This document shows, one piece after another, positions 26,194-34,988 of a stretch of DNA of 64,000 nucleotides; the stretch's first letter is position 1, and each line of letters starts with the position of its first letter. The translations under genes were made by a program, and so were the position numbers. This stretch comes from a virus (lineage: Duplodnaviria > Caudoviricetes): IMG/VR virus record IMGVR_UViG_3300014205_000017, positions 6,331-70,330 of that record. One strand, given 5' to 3'. The notes below the pieces were generated by a model. That model was not told where the DNA came from and ran no database searches. It saw only the letters and a program-made list of their open reading frames with translations.

Positions 26194-26562
26194 TCAGCTT
26201 GGCGTGGCAGGGTCACAGGCGAGCTGACCGGCGACAGGTTCGGCGTCCAGACGCGCCAACTCTGCCTGAAGCTCGTTGCTGTCAACCAGGTAGGCGCGTT
26301 CGACATCGTGGAGGTCGGCCGTGTAGTTGAAGGACAACGGATCAAGGCCCAACTCAGACAGTACTGATTTGAACTCTGCTTGAGCCTTCAGTTCGGCGGC
26401 CATCGACTGCTCGGTGCCAGCCTTCAGGACTGCATCGATGCCACTTTGGAGGGTTTGGGCAATGACGATCTTTTCGTGGTTGTACACGCGCAGGCGCTCT
26501 GCCTGTTCAGGGGTCAACTTGACGGCGGACGGCAGAGCAGATGTGTTAACGGACTGTTGCAT
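26194..26562 (-). CDS. hypothetical helical protein
   Basis: 122 aa, GAGGA RBS. Confidence 0.7.
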   Translation of the reverse strand: MQQSVNTSALPSAVKLTPEQAERLRVYNHEKIVIAQTLQSGIDAVLKAGTEQSMAAELKAQAEFKSVLSELGLDPLSFNYTADLHDVERAYLVDSNELQAELARLDAEPVAGQLACDPATPS

Positions 26563-26591
26563 GATGAATCCTCGTTCTTACGTTCAGTGGA

Positions 26592-27095
26592 TTATGCAGT
26601 TTTGACGAGCTGGGTCATCAGAGCCAAGTTTCGCTCGACTACGCCAATCAGAAGGTTGACGTGGACATCAAATTTCCACGGCAGTTCACGGTTCTTGTCG
26701 TAATATGGCGTGGAGAACAGCGTGCGCCAGGTGTCTTCAGTAAAGAAGGCTTTGTGATCCAGGTCATGGAATGCCATGGCCGACTTGTAGTGCGGCACGA
26801 CAATTTGGACGGTGCCGCCGACTACCAGGACGCGCTGGAATTCGCGCAACATGGCGATGGCCTCGGCACCAGTCAAGTGCTCCAGGAAGTGAAAGGCGTA
26901 GATGGAAGTCACAGTGCCGCTGCCATACGGCAACACGCCAGATCGCGCATCCCACGCCGGGTAGTCGAGGTTTTGGACGTTGGGAGCGATCTGTTGATGT
27001 CCGGCGCCGACGTTGATGGCCAGAGTGTGGTCAGGCTCGATGAGCTGGCAGACGTCGCGCTTCATGCCGAGGGCGAACAGAGTTTGGATGTTCAA
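26592..27095 (-). CDS. class I SAM-dependent methyltransferase (Methyltransf_11-like, not a DNA MTase)
   Basis: INVGAG motif I, LPY...V..I.AFHFLEHL, E..RVL..GG.V.I.VP; TTG start coupled to the upstream TGA. Confidence 0.8.
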   Translation of the reverse strand: MNIQTLFALGMKRDVCQLIEPDHTLAINVGAGHQQIAPNVQNLDYPAWDARSGVLPYGSGTVTSIYAFHFLEHLTGAEAIAMLREFQRVLVVGGTVQIVVPHYKSAMAFHDLDHKAFFTEDTWRTLFSTPYYDKNRELPWKFDVHVNLLIGVVERNLALMTQLVKTA

Positions 27096-27580
27096 TTTGG
27101 ATCCTTTTGTTTGCAGATGAAGCTGAGGGACATAAGAGCAACGAACGCCAAGGCAGATGCCCATGCCGCTTTTACCCAAGTGATTTTGAAAAAGGTCGAT
27201 TCAGGAATAAGAGGCGCAGGAGCCTCGGCCAATTCGGCAGATGCCTGTTTGAACACTACCTCCTGTGGCAGGCGCTGTTCCGGGTGCTCAGCCAGCCACG
27301 CCTCGCGCTCTACAACGGACGACTTGCCTGGGTCCGCTCTGTGTGGCGTGCAACAGTCGTATTCAGCAGCCCAAGACTTCGGCACCGACATCACGAGCAC
27401 AACTGGCACAACCTGGATGATGATGATCATCAACGTGCCGAACATCCACCAGAACCGATGGCGAGTCATCCGCCGCAACTCGCCCTCCAGTCGATCAATG
27501 GTTCGGTCCTGCTTGGCGACTGTTCTGTCGCGGTCGCTGAGGGACTCAGGCGTGTCTACGAAATTTTGTCTGGACATCAT
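27092..27580 (-). CDS. membrane protein
   Basis: coiled coil followed by FWWMFGTLMIIIIQVVPVVLVM and a C-terminal hydrophobic stretch. Confidence 0.65.
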   Translation of the reverse strand: MMSRQNFVDTPESLSDRDRTVAKQDRTIDRLEGELRRMTRHRFWWMFGTLMIIIIQVVPVVLVMSVPKSWAAEYDCCTPHRADPGKSSVVEREAWLAEHPEQRLPQEVVFKQASAELAEAPAPLIPESTFFKITWVKAAWASALAFVALMSLSFICKQKDPN

Positions 27581-28326
27581 TCACTCTCCACAGATTTGGT
27601 GATCTCAACTGAACGGCCAGCTTGGACGCCAGCCTGGCGTGCTGCAAACGACTCGTCATCTTGGTGAAACTTGGTCTTTTTGCCCTTGTACCCGGCGTCA
27701 CCAAAATGCGCGGCCACGGCAATAGACTTCATAAGCACCAGAGAAGTTCCCGTAGTCTCGCTGGTAAGTTTGTCACGTTCCACGGTCATGGCCTGCAAGC
27801 GCGCTGAAATTTCCAGAACAGCCGCGACCTTGAACGCCTTTGCGATGCCGACAGGGAAGCGCGTGTAACCTTCTTTGGCGACGTACTCGCGACACAGACG
27901 GTCAACGACGTCACTCAGCGAGTTGAACATTTGAACGGCCAGCTGGACGTCATTCTTGTAGCCGTTGAAAACGATCCGTGGGCCCCACTTTTTGGTGTGG
28001 CCTTTTGCGGCAGATCCACGATGGTCAACGTGGCCATTCTCAAGCTTGGCCTGAACGTCATTGTACTTCGCGACTGCCACAGAGAACACGTTCAGATGAT
28101 AGGGCATCGCAGCATAGAAGCGCGTAGCAGGATCGGTCGCGAAGTCTTCTTCAACGCTGTCAGCGATGTCGAGCTGGCTGAGCTGATACTTGTCCATCAA
28201 CTTCCGGGCGCGACTGGCAGCAATGGCTGCTTCATTCGGGCTGGATGCGTCGTCGGCCATGCGAAGCAGCTTGGCGATACGGTCTTTGATTTTGGACAGG
28301 TCGGTGAAGTCTTCTTGAACGCTCAT
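27577..28326 (-). CDS. DUF2786-domain protein
   Basis: KIKDRIAKLL..A....NEAAIA..RA.KLM.KY N-terminus. Confidence 0.8.
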   Translation of the reverse strand: MSVQEDFTDLSKIKDRIAKLLRMADDASSPNEAAIAASRARKLMDKYQLSQLDIADSVEEDFATDPATRFYAAMPYHLNVFSVAVAKYNDVQAKLENGHVDHRGSAAKGHTKKWGPRIVFNGYKNDVQLAVQMFNSLSDVVDRLCREYVAKEGYTRFPVGIAKAFKVAAVLEISARLQAMTVERDKLTSETTGTSLVLMKSIAVAAHFGDAGYKGKKTKFHQDDESFAARQAGVQAGRSVEITKSVESE

Positions 28327-28364
28327 TCTAGTGTTTCCTTTCTGCGTTTCGTTTCGATGAGGCG

Positions 28365-28393
28365 ATTATATATCCAGATGTGGATGGAGTAAA
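28365..28393 (-). promoter_or_regulatory. promoter TTTACT-17-TATAAT
   Basis: read directly. Confidence 0.7.
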
Positions 28394-28402
28394 GCACTAT
28401 TT

Positions 28403-28693
28403 TCAGGCCTGGGACACACTCACGCAATTGCCGTCGTGTCCGACGTATGCACCAGACGAATCGCGCAACACCAGGACTCTATTCACTCTGAGGCCTGTTA
28501 TGGGATCTTGTGTAAGCGGCGCGGACAGTCCAACTCGCCCTGCAGTCAGGATGACCAGCGCGCCGACAAGGCTACCGTCAGCTTGCAGACCTACGACATC
28601 AAACCCCAGGATGCGCTCTGAGTTCCATGCTGATGGTCGCATTGTCGCGATCACACTTGAGTCAGGGCGATTCTCGATTCTAATAGTTGACAT
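28403..28693 (-). CDS. hypothetical protein
   Basis: 96 aa, GGAG RBS. Confidence 0.6.
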   Translation of the reverse strand: MSTIRIENRPDSSVIATMRPSAWNSERILGFDVVGLQADGSLVGALVILTAGRVGLSAPLTQDPITGLRVNRVLVLRDSSGAYVGHDGNCVSVSQA

Positions 28694-28760
28694 GGCGAAC
28701 TCCAGAGCGACGGAACTTGTCGTGTAGAATAGACCATCGCGGCCATGTTAAGTTTCTGGG

Positions 28761-28952
28761 TCAGAACGGGAATTCGTCATCAGGCTCAGATGGCGTTGGT
28801 GTGACGTCGGGCTCGCCTTTGGGATGGCCGCGCTTGTCAAATATGCAGCTACCGCTTCCCATCCTATGAGGGAAGCGGTATCCGTAGCACGATGAGCAAG
28901 TTTTTTGCTTATGCTTTGGCGGACCTTTGCGAACGAAACGCCGGGACGTCAT
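28761..28952 (-). CDS. small Cys/His protein
   Basis: CSSC...FPHR.GS..C; ATGA coupling. Confidence 0.65.
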   Translation of the reverse strand: MTSRRFVRKGPPKHKQKTCSSCYGYRFPHRMGSGSCIFDKRGHPKGEPDVTPTPSEPDDEFPF

Positions 28953-29692
28953 GGCTTGCGAAGTGCGCCCTGGCCGCCTGTGGAAATGTCAGGATTGAAC
29001 CGGCCAAGGATGTAGTCAGGACGGCGCGAGTTGGGTTGTGGACACGCGGCGATGATCCGCCATCCGCTGTTGAGGCAGTCCTGAAGGGCATCGCTGCAGG
29101 CATCCTCCATCAGCAGCGTTTCATTATAGGTGGCGAGTGCCATGCCTGGCATGTGAACCTCGCACTTCTCGTTGTACACATGATCGCCATTACCGATGTC
29201 CAAAGCGCCCAAATCCTCCATCTTTTTCAGGACTCGCTCCAGACGGTCAATCAACCCAGAATTGGTGTCACCGAGCGTGGCCGATTCTACAGCACAACTG
29301 TCATCTGATGACATGATGTCCAAAAGTTGATCGCCTGTGCAAGCGAACTTTGGAGCGAACCACGATGACTCGCGCTTGTATTCGCTATCGTCATCCTTGT
29401 TAACTCGATCAGGCATGGTCACGCCGATTCTGGTCAAAAGAGACTTTCTTGCAGCGATGTTGCGCCGCCACTTCTCTACCTCGCGAATATCTTCAGCACG
29501 CTGGTCGGACGTTGCCTTGTATGCTTCACGGGCCTGTTCTTCGGACATGGCTGGTGGCTTTTCAGGGCCATCAGAATCATCAGAAGCGTCAGGCATCACG
29601 AACGGCGCCAAAGGAGTCTCAAGGCGCTTGAAGCGTCGGTCCAAGTCCCATGCGCCAGACATGTCTTTCATCACAACAAGAAAAATTTTCAT
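28949..29692 (-). CDS. hypothetical protein
   Basis: ~247 aa; C-terminal GWRIIA.CPQP..RRPDYILGR. Confidence 0.75.
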   Translation of the reverse strand: MKIFLVVMKDMSGAWDLDRRFKRLETPLAPFVMPDASDDSDGPEKPPAMSEEQAREAYKATSDQRAEDIREVEKWRRNIAARKSLLTRIGVTMPDRVNKDDDSEYKRESSWFAPKFACTGDQLLDIMSSDDSCAVESATLGDTNSGLIDRLERVLKKMEDLGALDIGNGDHVYNEKCEVHMPGMALATYNETLLMEDACSDALQDCLNSGWRIIAACPQPNSRRPDYILGRFNPDISTGGQGALRKP

Positions 29693-29713
29693 TCTATTAG
29701 CTCTCAAGTTTGG

Positions 29714-29926
29714 TTACATGCTATCCTGGCCAATCTCACCGTCAAGGGTGTAGACCTCGGCAGGAGGTTTGACAAAGGGCTCCACAGGCACCCGGATGAC
29801 AACGCCCGTGTACACCGTAGGACACGGCAAGGGCGGCGCCGGATAAGTAGCCAGGGCAAGTATCGCCCCGGCCAGCGCGCAGCAGATGCAGGACCATACG
29901 CAGCTTTCCAGACTTACGCTACGCAT
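29714..29926 (-). CDS. small membrane protein
   Basis: CVWSCICCALAGAILALA hydrophobic segment. Confidence 0.55.
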   Translation of the reverse strand: MRSVSLESCVWSCICCALAGAILALATYPAPPLPCPTVYTGVVIRVPVEPFVKPPAEVYTLDGEIGQDSM

Positions 29927-30311
29927 CAATAAGACACTCCCAGTAGATGCTAGATTTGCCATCGTCATACCAGTACGCGCCATCGAGTTTCCCAGTGCCT
30001 TTCGCCATGATCACAGATGGAAGCGGATGGCCGATTTGCAAATCTTCAGTCGTCTTGACCAGCTTGGTAGACTGCGCCACTTCACCGTTACTATCGCTGA
30101 TGATGGTGAACGAATCCCCATAGTCGATCACCTGGACAGTCAGCAAGTTGCCATCTTTGTCAGTGCTGAATGATTTGCCACTGGCGACGTTGGTGACTGT
30201 TTCAGAGCACGTGAACAGTTCGGCCTTTGTGACATTCTTTTTGAGTCCAGATGCCTGGGCGCCGAGTGCACAAATAGAAAGGGCGAGCGCCAGGACGATT
30301 TTGGTTTTCAT
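29919..30311 (-). CDS. exported protein (Sec signal peptide)
   Basis: MKTKIVLALALSICALGAQA-S. Confidence 0.75.
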   Translation of the reverse strand: MKTKIVLALALSICALGAQASGLKKNVTKAELFTCSETVTNVASGKSFSTDKDGNLLTVQVIDYGDSFTIISDSNGEVAQSTKLVKTTEDLQIGHPLPSVIMAKGTGKLDGAYWYDDGKSSIYWECLIDA

Positions 30312-30321
30312 AGCAGATGCC

Positions 30322-30510
30322 TTATTTGGTGCGTTCAACGCCGACGCACTGAAGGTCAGAGTAGTAGGCTGATTTGGTTTGGAGTTGCCATTCACATTCG
30401 CTGCGGCTGGCGTAGATTTGAGTGTCGATGACTTTAGGCTTGCAGTCATAGCTGTTGCTGCCGTAGCAGATGATCTGGGCCAGAACGTATCCTTGGAACA
30501 TATTAGCCAC
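30322..30510 (-). CDS. small Cys-rich protein
   Basis: 62 aa, four spaced Cys, behind the promoter at 30532-30560. Confidence 0.6.
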   Translation of the reverse strand: MANMFQGYVLAQIICYGSNSYDCKPKVIDTQIYASRSECEWQLQTKSAYYSDLQCVGVERTK

Positions 30511-30531
30511 CTTCTGTCAAGTTATGGACTG

Positions 30532-30560
30532 ACTATAAAGTTAATCAGTCAGATAGTAAA
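30532..30560 (-). promoter_or_regulatory. promoter TTTACT-17-TATAGT
   Basis: read directly. Confidence 0.55.
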
Positions 30561-30904
30561 GCATCTTCTGGCACAGATCCCAAAATATCTGATCCCAGCA
30601 TGTACTCTATGCCTTCAGCCGTTCTGATCCGGTATACGACGTTGGCCGCGCCCGTCCTCAAGTCTCCATCACTGGCCTCCACTACGCCAGAGCCTGACAC
30701 GCGCTTATCCTTATAAAGGACGGTCGCCTCAGCAGGGTACAGGTCCATTCGGATCAGGCTTGAGCTTTTACTTCCGATCACCACCCAAGATTCGACGATG
30801 CCTGCATCACCCGCCTCCTCCAAAGCAGCCTGGTCACACTCGTGGACAGAGGTTATGACGCCTCCAATTGTCGTGATGTGGATGATGTGTGGAAAGTCTT
30901 TCAT
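30545..30904 (-). CDS. hypothetical protein
   Basis: ATG at 30904 with GGAGG RBS; 119 aa. Confidence 0.7.
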   Translation of the reverse strand: MKDFPHIIHITTIGGVITSVHECDQAALEEAGDAGIVESWVVIGSKSSSLIRMDLYPAEATVLYKDKRVSGSGVVEASDGDLRTGAANVVYRIRTAEGIEYMLGSDILGSVPEDALLSD

Positions 30905-31086
30905 GTCAGCCTCCAGGCGGGTTAGCGGATAGTATATAGTGAACTTGCAATTGGCGCTAATTATTTCTACACATGGACTGGCTGTCTTGTGACTGTCGAC
31001 AGATGGGACAATACCATAACAGTAGTACTGATAAACACTCACCCCCTATAATAGCGAACCATCACGACATACGTTGCGAACCTAAA

Positions 31087-33468
31087 ATGAAATTATTCCC
31101 ATGGAAAATAGTTCGGCAGTCGCCTGACGAATCTGCAAAGAAACATGCGCCTGCCGAACAAAAGCCAGCAGGGAATGTTGACCCACTTGACCTCATGGGC
31201 CGCACCGAACGGTCGGCGCCGTGGCCGAAGGATAAAGCCACCCAACATATTCCAGTCACCATCGACGCCTACCCTGTGCACATGCCAAAAGTTCCTGCGT
31301 GTGATGAACTCAGCAAAGGCGCCATGGACGCCATGGATGCCAAAGTTCTTGCCTCGACCAAAGTCGGCATGGACGCCAACGACATCAAAAACATTCCCGG
31401 CGGCATGGGCCAGAGCGCTTACACAGTGCCAGAGCAGCTGCAGAACTGGTACAACTCCATGGGGTTCATCGGCTATCAGTCGTGCGCCATTATTGCCCAG
31501 CACTGGCTGGTGGATAAGGCCTGTTCCCAAGCTGGTGAAGATGCCATTCGCAACGGTTGGGAGATCAAGACTGATGGCGACAAGCTGAGCGACGAAACGC
31601 TCAGTGAGATCAAGCAGCATGATGTTGACTTCAAGCTCAAGGAGAACCTGGCAGAGTTCAACCGATTCAAAAACATCTTTGGCATCAGGGTTGCAATTTT
31701 CGAGGTCGAAAGTGATGACCCTGACTATTACGAAAAGATATTCAACATCGACGGCGTGACCAAGGGATCGTACAAGGGCATCTCACAAGTTGACCCGTAC
31801 TGGATGACGCCTATGATGACGTCAGATGCAACCGCCAACCCTGCCAGCCGCCACTTTTATGATCCTGAGTACTGGATCATCAGCGGGAAGAAATATCACC
31901 GCTCGCATTTGATGATTGCGCGTGGCCCGGTCCCTGCGGACATTCTAAAGCCGACTTATATATTTGGCGGCGTACCATTGACCCAGAGGATTTACGAACG
32001 AGTGTACGCTGCAGAGCGCACTGCGAACGAGGCGCCTCTGCTGGCCCTGAACAAGCGAACGACCACCATTTATGTTGACACGGCGAAAGCAATCCTGAAT
32101 GAAGAGTCGTTCCTGTCCAAGATCATGCTGTGGGTCAAGTACAGGGATAATCACGCTGTAAAGGTTCTTGGTACGAACGAGAAGATGGAGCAGATTGATA
32201 CAAGTCTGGCAGACTTCGACTCAATCATCATGAATCAATACCAGCTTGTCGCGGCAATTGCCAAGACGCCATCCACCAAGCTACTGGGCACCAGTCCTAA
32301 AGGCTTCGATGCGACTGGTGAATTTGAGTCCAAGTCGTACCATGAAGAGCTGGAGTCAATCCAGGAGCATGTGTGCGACCCAATGCTTGATCGACACTAC
32401 CTGTTGACACTGAAGTCGTTCGGCCTTGATGTCAGAGTCAACATCGTTTGGAACTCTGTGGATTCGATCAGCACCAAAGAACGTGCTGAGCTAAACCTTC
32501 AGAAGGCACAGTCTGACGAAATTAATGCGAACCTTGGCGCAGTATCTCCTGAAGAAGTTCGCCAGCGTCTGCGCGATGATCCTCACAGCGGCTATAATCG
32601 TCTATCAGATGATGAGGCCAATGAAGTCCCTGGCATGACTCCTGAGAACATAGCAGAGCTTGAGAAGGCCGCGAGCGAGAAGCTGAGTGCCGCCCCGGCC
32701 CAAGCCGCGCAACCCGCCCCTACTACGGCGCCTGCTCCAGCACCGGCCACCAGCAATGTTCAGGAGCCTGCAGCGACCGGTGCTGTCGAGGCCGCCGAAG
32801 TCCCTCAAGTGGCCACACTGCCCAGCCGTGCGGACAACATCAAGAAGTTGGCAGATGATCTTGCCAAGATCATGTCAAGAATTCAAAGCGCTGTGACCAT
32901 CAACGGGGCAGACCTGCCGGCTAATGCAAGTCCAGGCGTTAAGCGGTCAACCCAGCCTAGCACGTCAGGCGCCAAGCCATCCGTAGCAGGCGCCGGTTCT
33001 GTGGTCGAGGCCAAAGATGAGCACGAACTGCCGTCCATGAAAATCCACCACATGGACATCGCTATCGAAAATCCACGAGACTCGATCAGGACTGCAAAGG
33101 ATGGATCGTGGAGTATCAAGATGCCTCATCACTATGGATACCTGAAGAATACAGTGGGCGCTGACGGCGACGGCATTGACGTGTTTGTCGGGCGCAGCTT
33201 GAATTCGCCAAAGGTGTTCGTGGTAAACCAGGTCAACAAAGAGGGCGGATTTGATGAGCATAAAGTGCTGCTTGGATTCCACAACTCTGTAGAAGCGGCC
33301 AAAGGATACAACGACTCATTCAAGCATGGCTGGGACGGCCTCGGTTCGATGGTAGAAATGGACGTGCCCGCATTCAAGGATTGGCTGGCGAATGGAAACA
33401 AGGCCAACCCGCTGTCCGAAGTGAACATCCAGACGCAGACTGAAGGCGATCCAGGGATGTCCAGCTGA
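31087..33468 (+). CDS. portal protein (DUF1073 type) with C-terminal InPase (pyrophosphatase-like) domain
   Basis: first gene of the head module; portal motifs (QVDPYW, TKLLG.SPKG..ATGE); C-terminal IAIENP...HYGY...GADGD.IDVFVG...DEHKV.LGF. Confidence 0.9.
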   Translation: MKLFPWKIVRQSPDESAKKHAPAEQKPAGNVDPLDLMGRTERSAPWPKDKATQHIPVTIDAYPVHMPKVPACDELSKGAMDAMDAKVLASTKVGMDANDIKNIPGGMGQSAYTVPEQLQNWYNSMGFIGYQSCAIIAQHWLVDKACSQAGEDAIRNGWEIKTDGDKLSDETLSEIKQHDVDFKLKENLAEFNRFKNIFGIRVAIFEVESDDPDYYEKIFNIDGVTKGSYKGISQVDPYWMTPMMTSDATANPASRHFYDPEYWIISGKKYHRSHLMIARGPVPADILKPTYIFGGVPLTQRIYERVYAAERTANEAPLLALNKRTTTIYVDTAKAILNEESFLSKIMLWVKYRDNHAVKVLGTNEKMEQIDTSLADFDSIIMNQYQLVAAIAKTPSTKLLGTSPKGFDATGEFESKSYHEELESIQEHVCDPMLDRHYLLTLKSFGLDVRVNIVWNSVDSISTKERAELNLQKAQSDEINANLGAVSPEEVRQRLRDDPHSGYNRLSDDEANEVPGMTPENIAELEKAASEKLSAAPAQAAQPAPTTAPAPAPATSNVQEPAATGAVEAAEVPQVATLPSRADNIKKLADDLAKIMSRIQSAVTINGADLPANASPGVKRSTQPSTSGAKPSVAGAGSVVEAKDEHELPSMKIHHMDIAIENPRDSIRTAKDGSWSIKMPHHYGYLKNTVGADGDGIDVFVGRSLNSPKVFVVNQVNKEGGFDEHKVLLGFHNSVEAAKGYNDSFKHGWDGLGSMVEMDVPAFKDWLANGNKANPLSEVNIQTQTEGDPGMSS

Positions 33469-34307
33469 TGGCCTTCAAAGCCTCTAAGGTCAGACAGAAG
33501 AAAGCCCCTGCGCCAGTTGGCCGGGGCTCCCCCATCATACCGTCATTCGCTCTTGAGTCGTGGTATCGTAAGCAGATGGCATCGCTGCTGACTTCCATGA
33601 TTGAGGACTACAAAAAAGAGTTGTCCGCAGAGGGAAAAACTTACGAGGCCAAACAGCTCTTTGGCACTGACGCTTCAGCAACTTCTGGATTCACAAGGAC
33701 TCTGAACAGCCTTCGCCAAAGATGGAGCGGCATATTTGAAGCGTTCGCTGATAAGCTGGCCCCAGAGTTTGTAGAAAAGGTCGATGGCCAAGCGACTTCG
33801 GCGACTCTGCACAGTCTAAGTGTTGCAGGGCTAAAGGCCCCTGTGGCAACTTACAGTGCGGCTGTGGCCAATACGCTTCAAGCTTCTGTAACATATAACC
33901 ACACCCTGATCACAGGAATAAGCTCTGAGGTCCACGAGAAGATTTTTGGATCAGTAATGCTGTCCCTGACTTCGCCCAATCCAGAAGAACAGGGCATGTC
34001 AGGGATTCATTCAGCGCTGCAGAAAGTTGGCATATCTGAGAAGAAACGAATCGACCTTATTGCCAGGGATCAGACCAGCAAGATATATAGCGCATTAAGT
34101 GACAACCGAATGGAGGACAATGGTTGTGAAGAGTTTGAATGGCTGCACTCTTCAGCAGGCAAGGTGCCGCGCCACACGCATGTCGAGAAGGATGGTCTGA
34201 TATTCAAGCTGAATGACCCAAGGCTGTGGGAAGGCCCGAAAGCCGACCAAGGCCCACCTGGATGGGCGATAAACTGCCGGTGCCGAAAGGTGCCGGTGTT
34301 CCGTTGA
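33468..34307 (+). CDS. minor head protein (phage Mu gpF-like)
   Basis: IARDQTSK...W.HS....PR..H...DG.IF...PG.AINCRC. Confidence 0.85.
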   Translation: MAFKASKVRQKKAPAPVGRGSPIIPSFALESWYRKQMASLLTSMIEDYKKELSAEGKTYEAKQLFGTDASATSGFTRTLNSLRQRWSGIFEAFADKLAPEFVEKVDGQATSATLHSLSVAGLKAPVATYSAAVANTLQASVTYNHTLITGISSEVHEKIFGSVMLSLTSPNPEEQGMSGIHSALQKVGISEKKRIDLIARDQTSKIYSALSDNRMEDNGCEEFEWLHSSAGKVPRHTHVEKDGLIFKLNDPRLWEGPKADQGPPGWAINCRCRKVPVFR

Positions 34308-34373
34308 ATCTGACAAACGGTTGCTCGTTGTTATGCGCGCAATATAACATAAACTAAAGACAGGTATCTAGAC

Positions 34374-34517
34374 ATGAGTGCTGCAATCCAAGCAATGCGT
34401 AAGTGTGAACTTGCCAGCGTCCTCAAGAGCTTTGACCATCCCGGTCCTTTGAGCTTGCGTTGGGCCGCAGTTGATTTGATCGCAATAACCGCACTAATCG
34501 TGTACCATCTGGTCTAA
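34374..34517 (+). CDS. possible 47-aa protein with C-terminal hydrophobic helix (not in ORF track)
   Basis: MSAAIQAM...WAAVDLIAITALIVYHLV; weak RBS. Confidence 0.35.
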   Translation: MSAAIQAMRKCELASVLKSFDHPGPLSLRWAAVDLIAITALIVYHLV

Positions 34518-34537
34518 CGGACAGGTTTGCGATGTCT

Positions 34538-34859
34538 TACTATACCGGGAGAATCCTAGATCCAATCCTGGTATAAAACACGGTATAGTCTGCAGCCCAA
34601 TAGCCGCGCGGGCTGTAGCTTACTTTCCCGGCAATACCGGGAGATTTGCTGTTTTGCAACTCTATATAGGAACGTATAAGATATATGTACCAATACTGAT
34701 AACTCCTAATATATCTATTTTTTGATAATTTAAAGGTATGGTCGATATAGTAGTATGGTTAATTAATGAACTACCACGGCCCGCTTGCCTTTGCGGCCAA
34801 CCACAACTATCCCTCATCTATTTATTCTCCCGATATGTGCCAATCTGCCGGTATAGTAA
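34538..34859. repeat. dispersed non-coding element, copy B
   Basis: 34597-34646 matches 10933-10982 at 49/50; inverted TACTATACCGG units at 34538 and 34849-34859. Confidence 0.9.
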
Positions 34860-34988
34860 CTTGTCTTCATGTTATATGGCATATGTGCAACACAACTCGC
34901 GGCCAAGTACAAAAGTTGTGTATGAAGTTCCTTTCTTGTGAACAGTCGTATATAATCCTTTCAACTACTCTGTTGCGAAGTATGTACG

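Noticed and set aside
26592-27095. DNA methyltransferase / restriction-evasion call
   Set aside because: Lacks the N6/N4 (NPPY/DPPY) and C5 (PC) catalytic motifs.
31087-33468. Anti-CBASS Acb1 label often attached to DUF1073 portals
   Set aside because: No paired HxT/S 2H-phosphoesterase motifs seen; the C-terminal domain is InPase-like instead.
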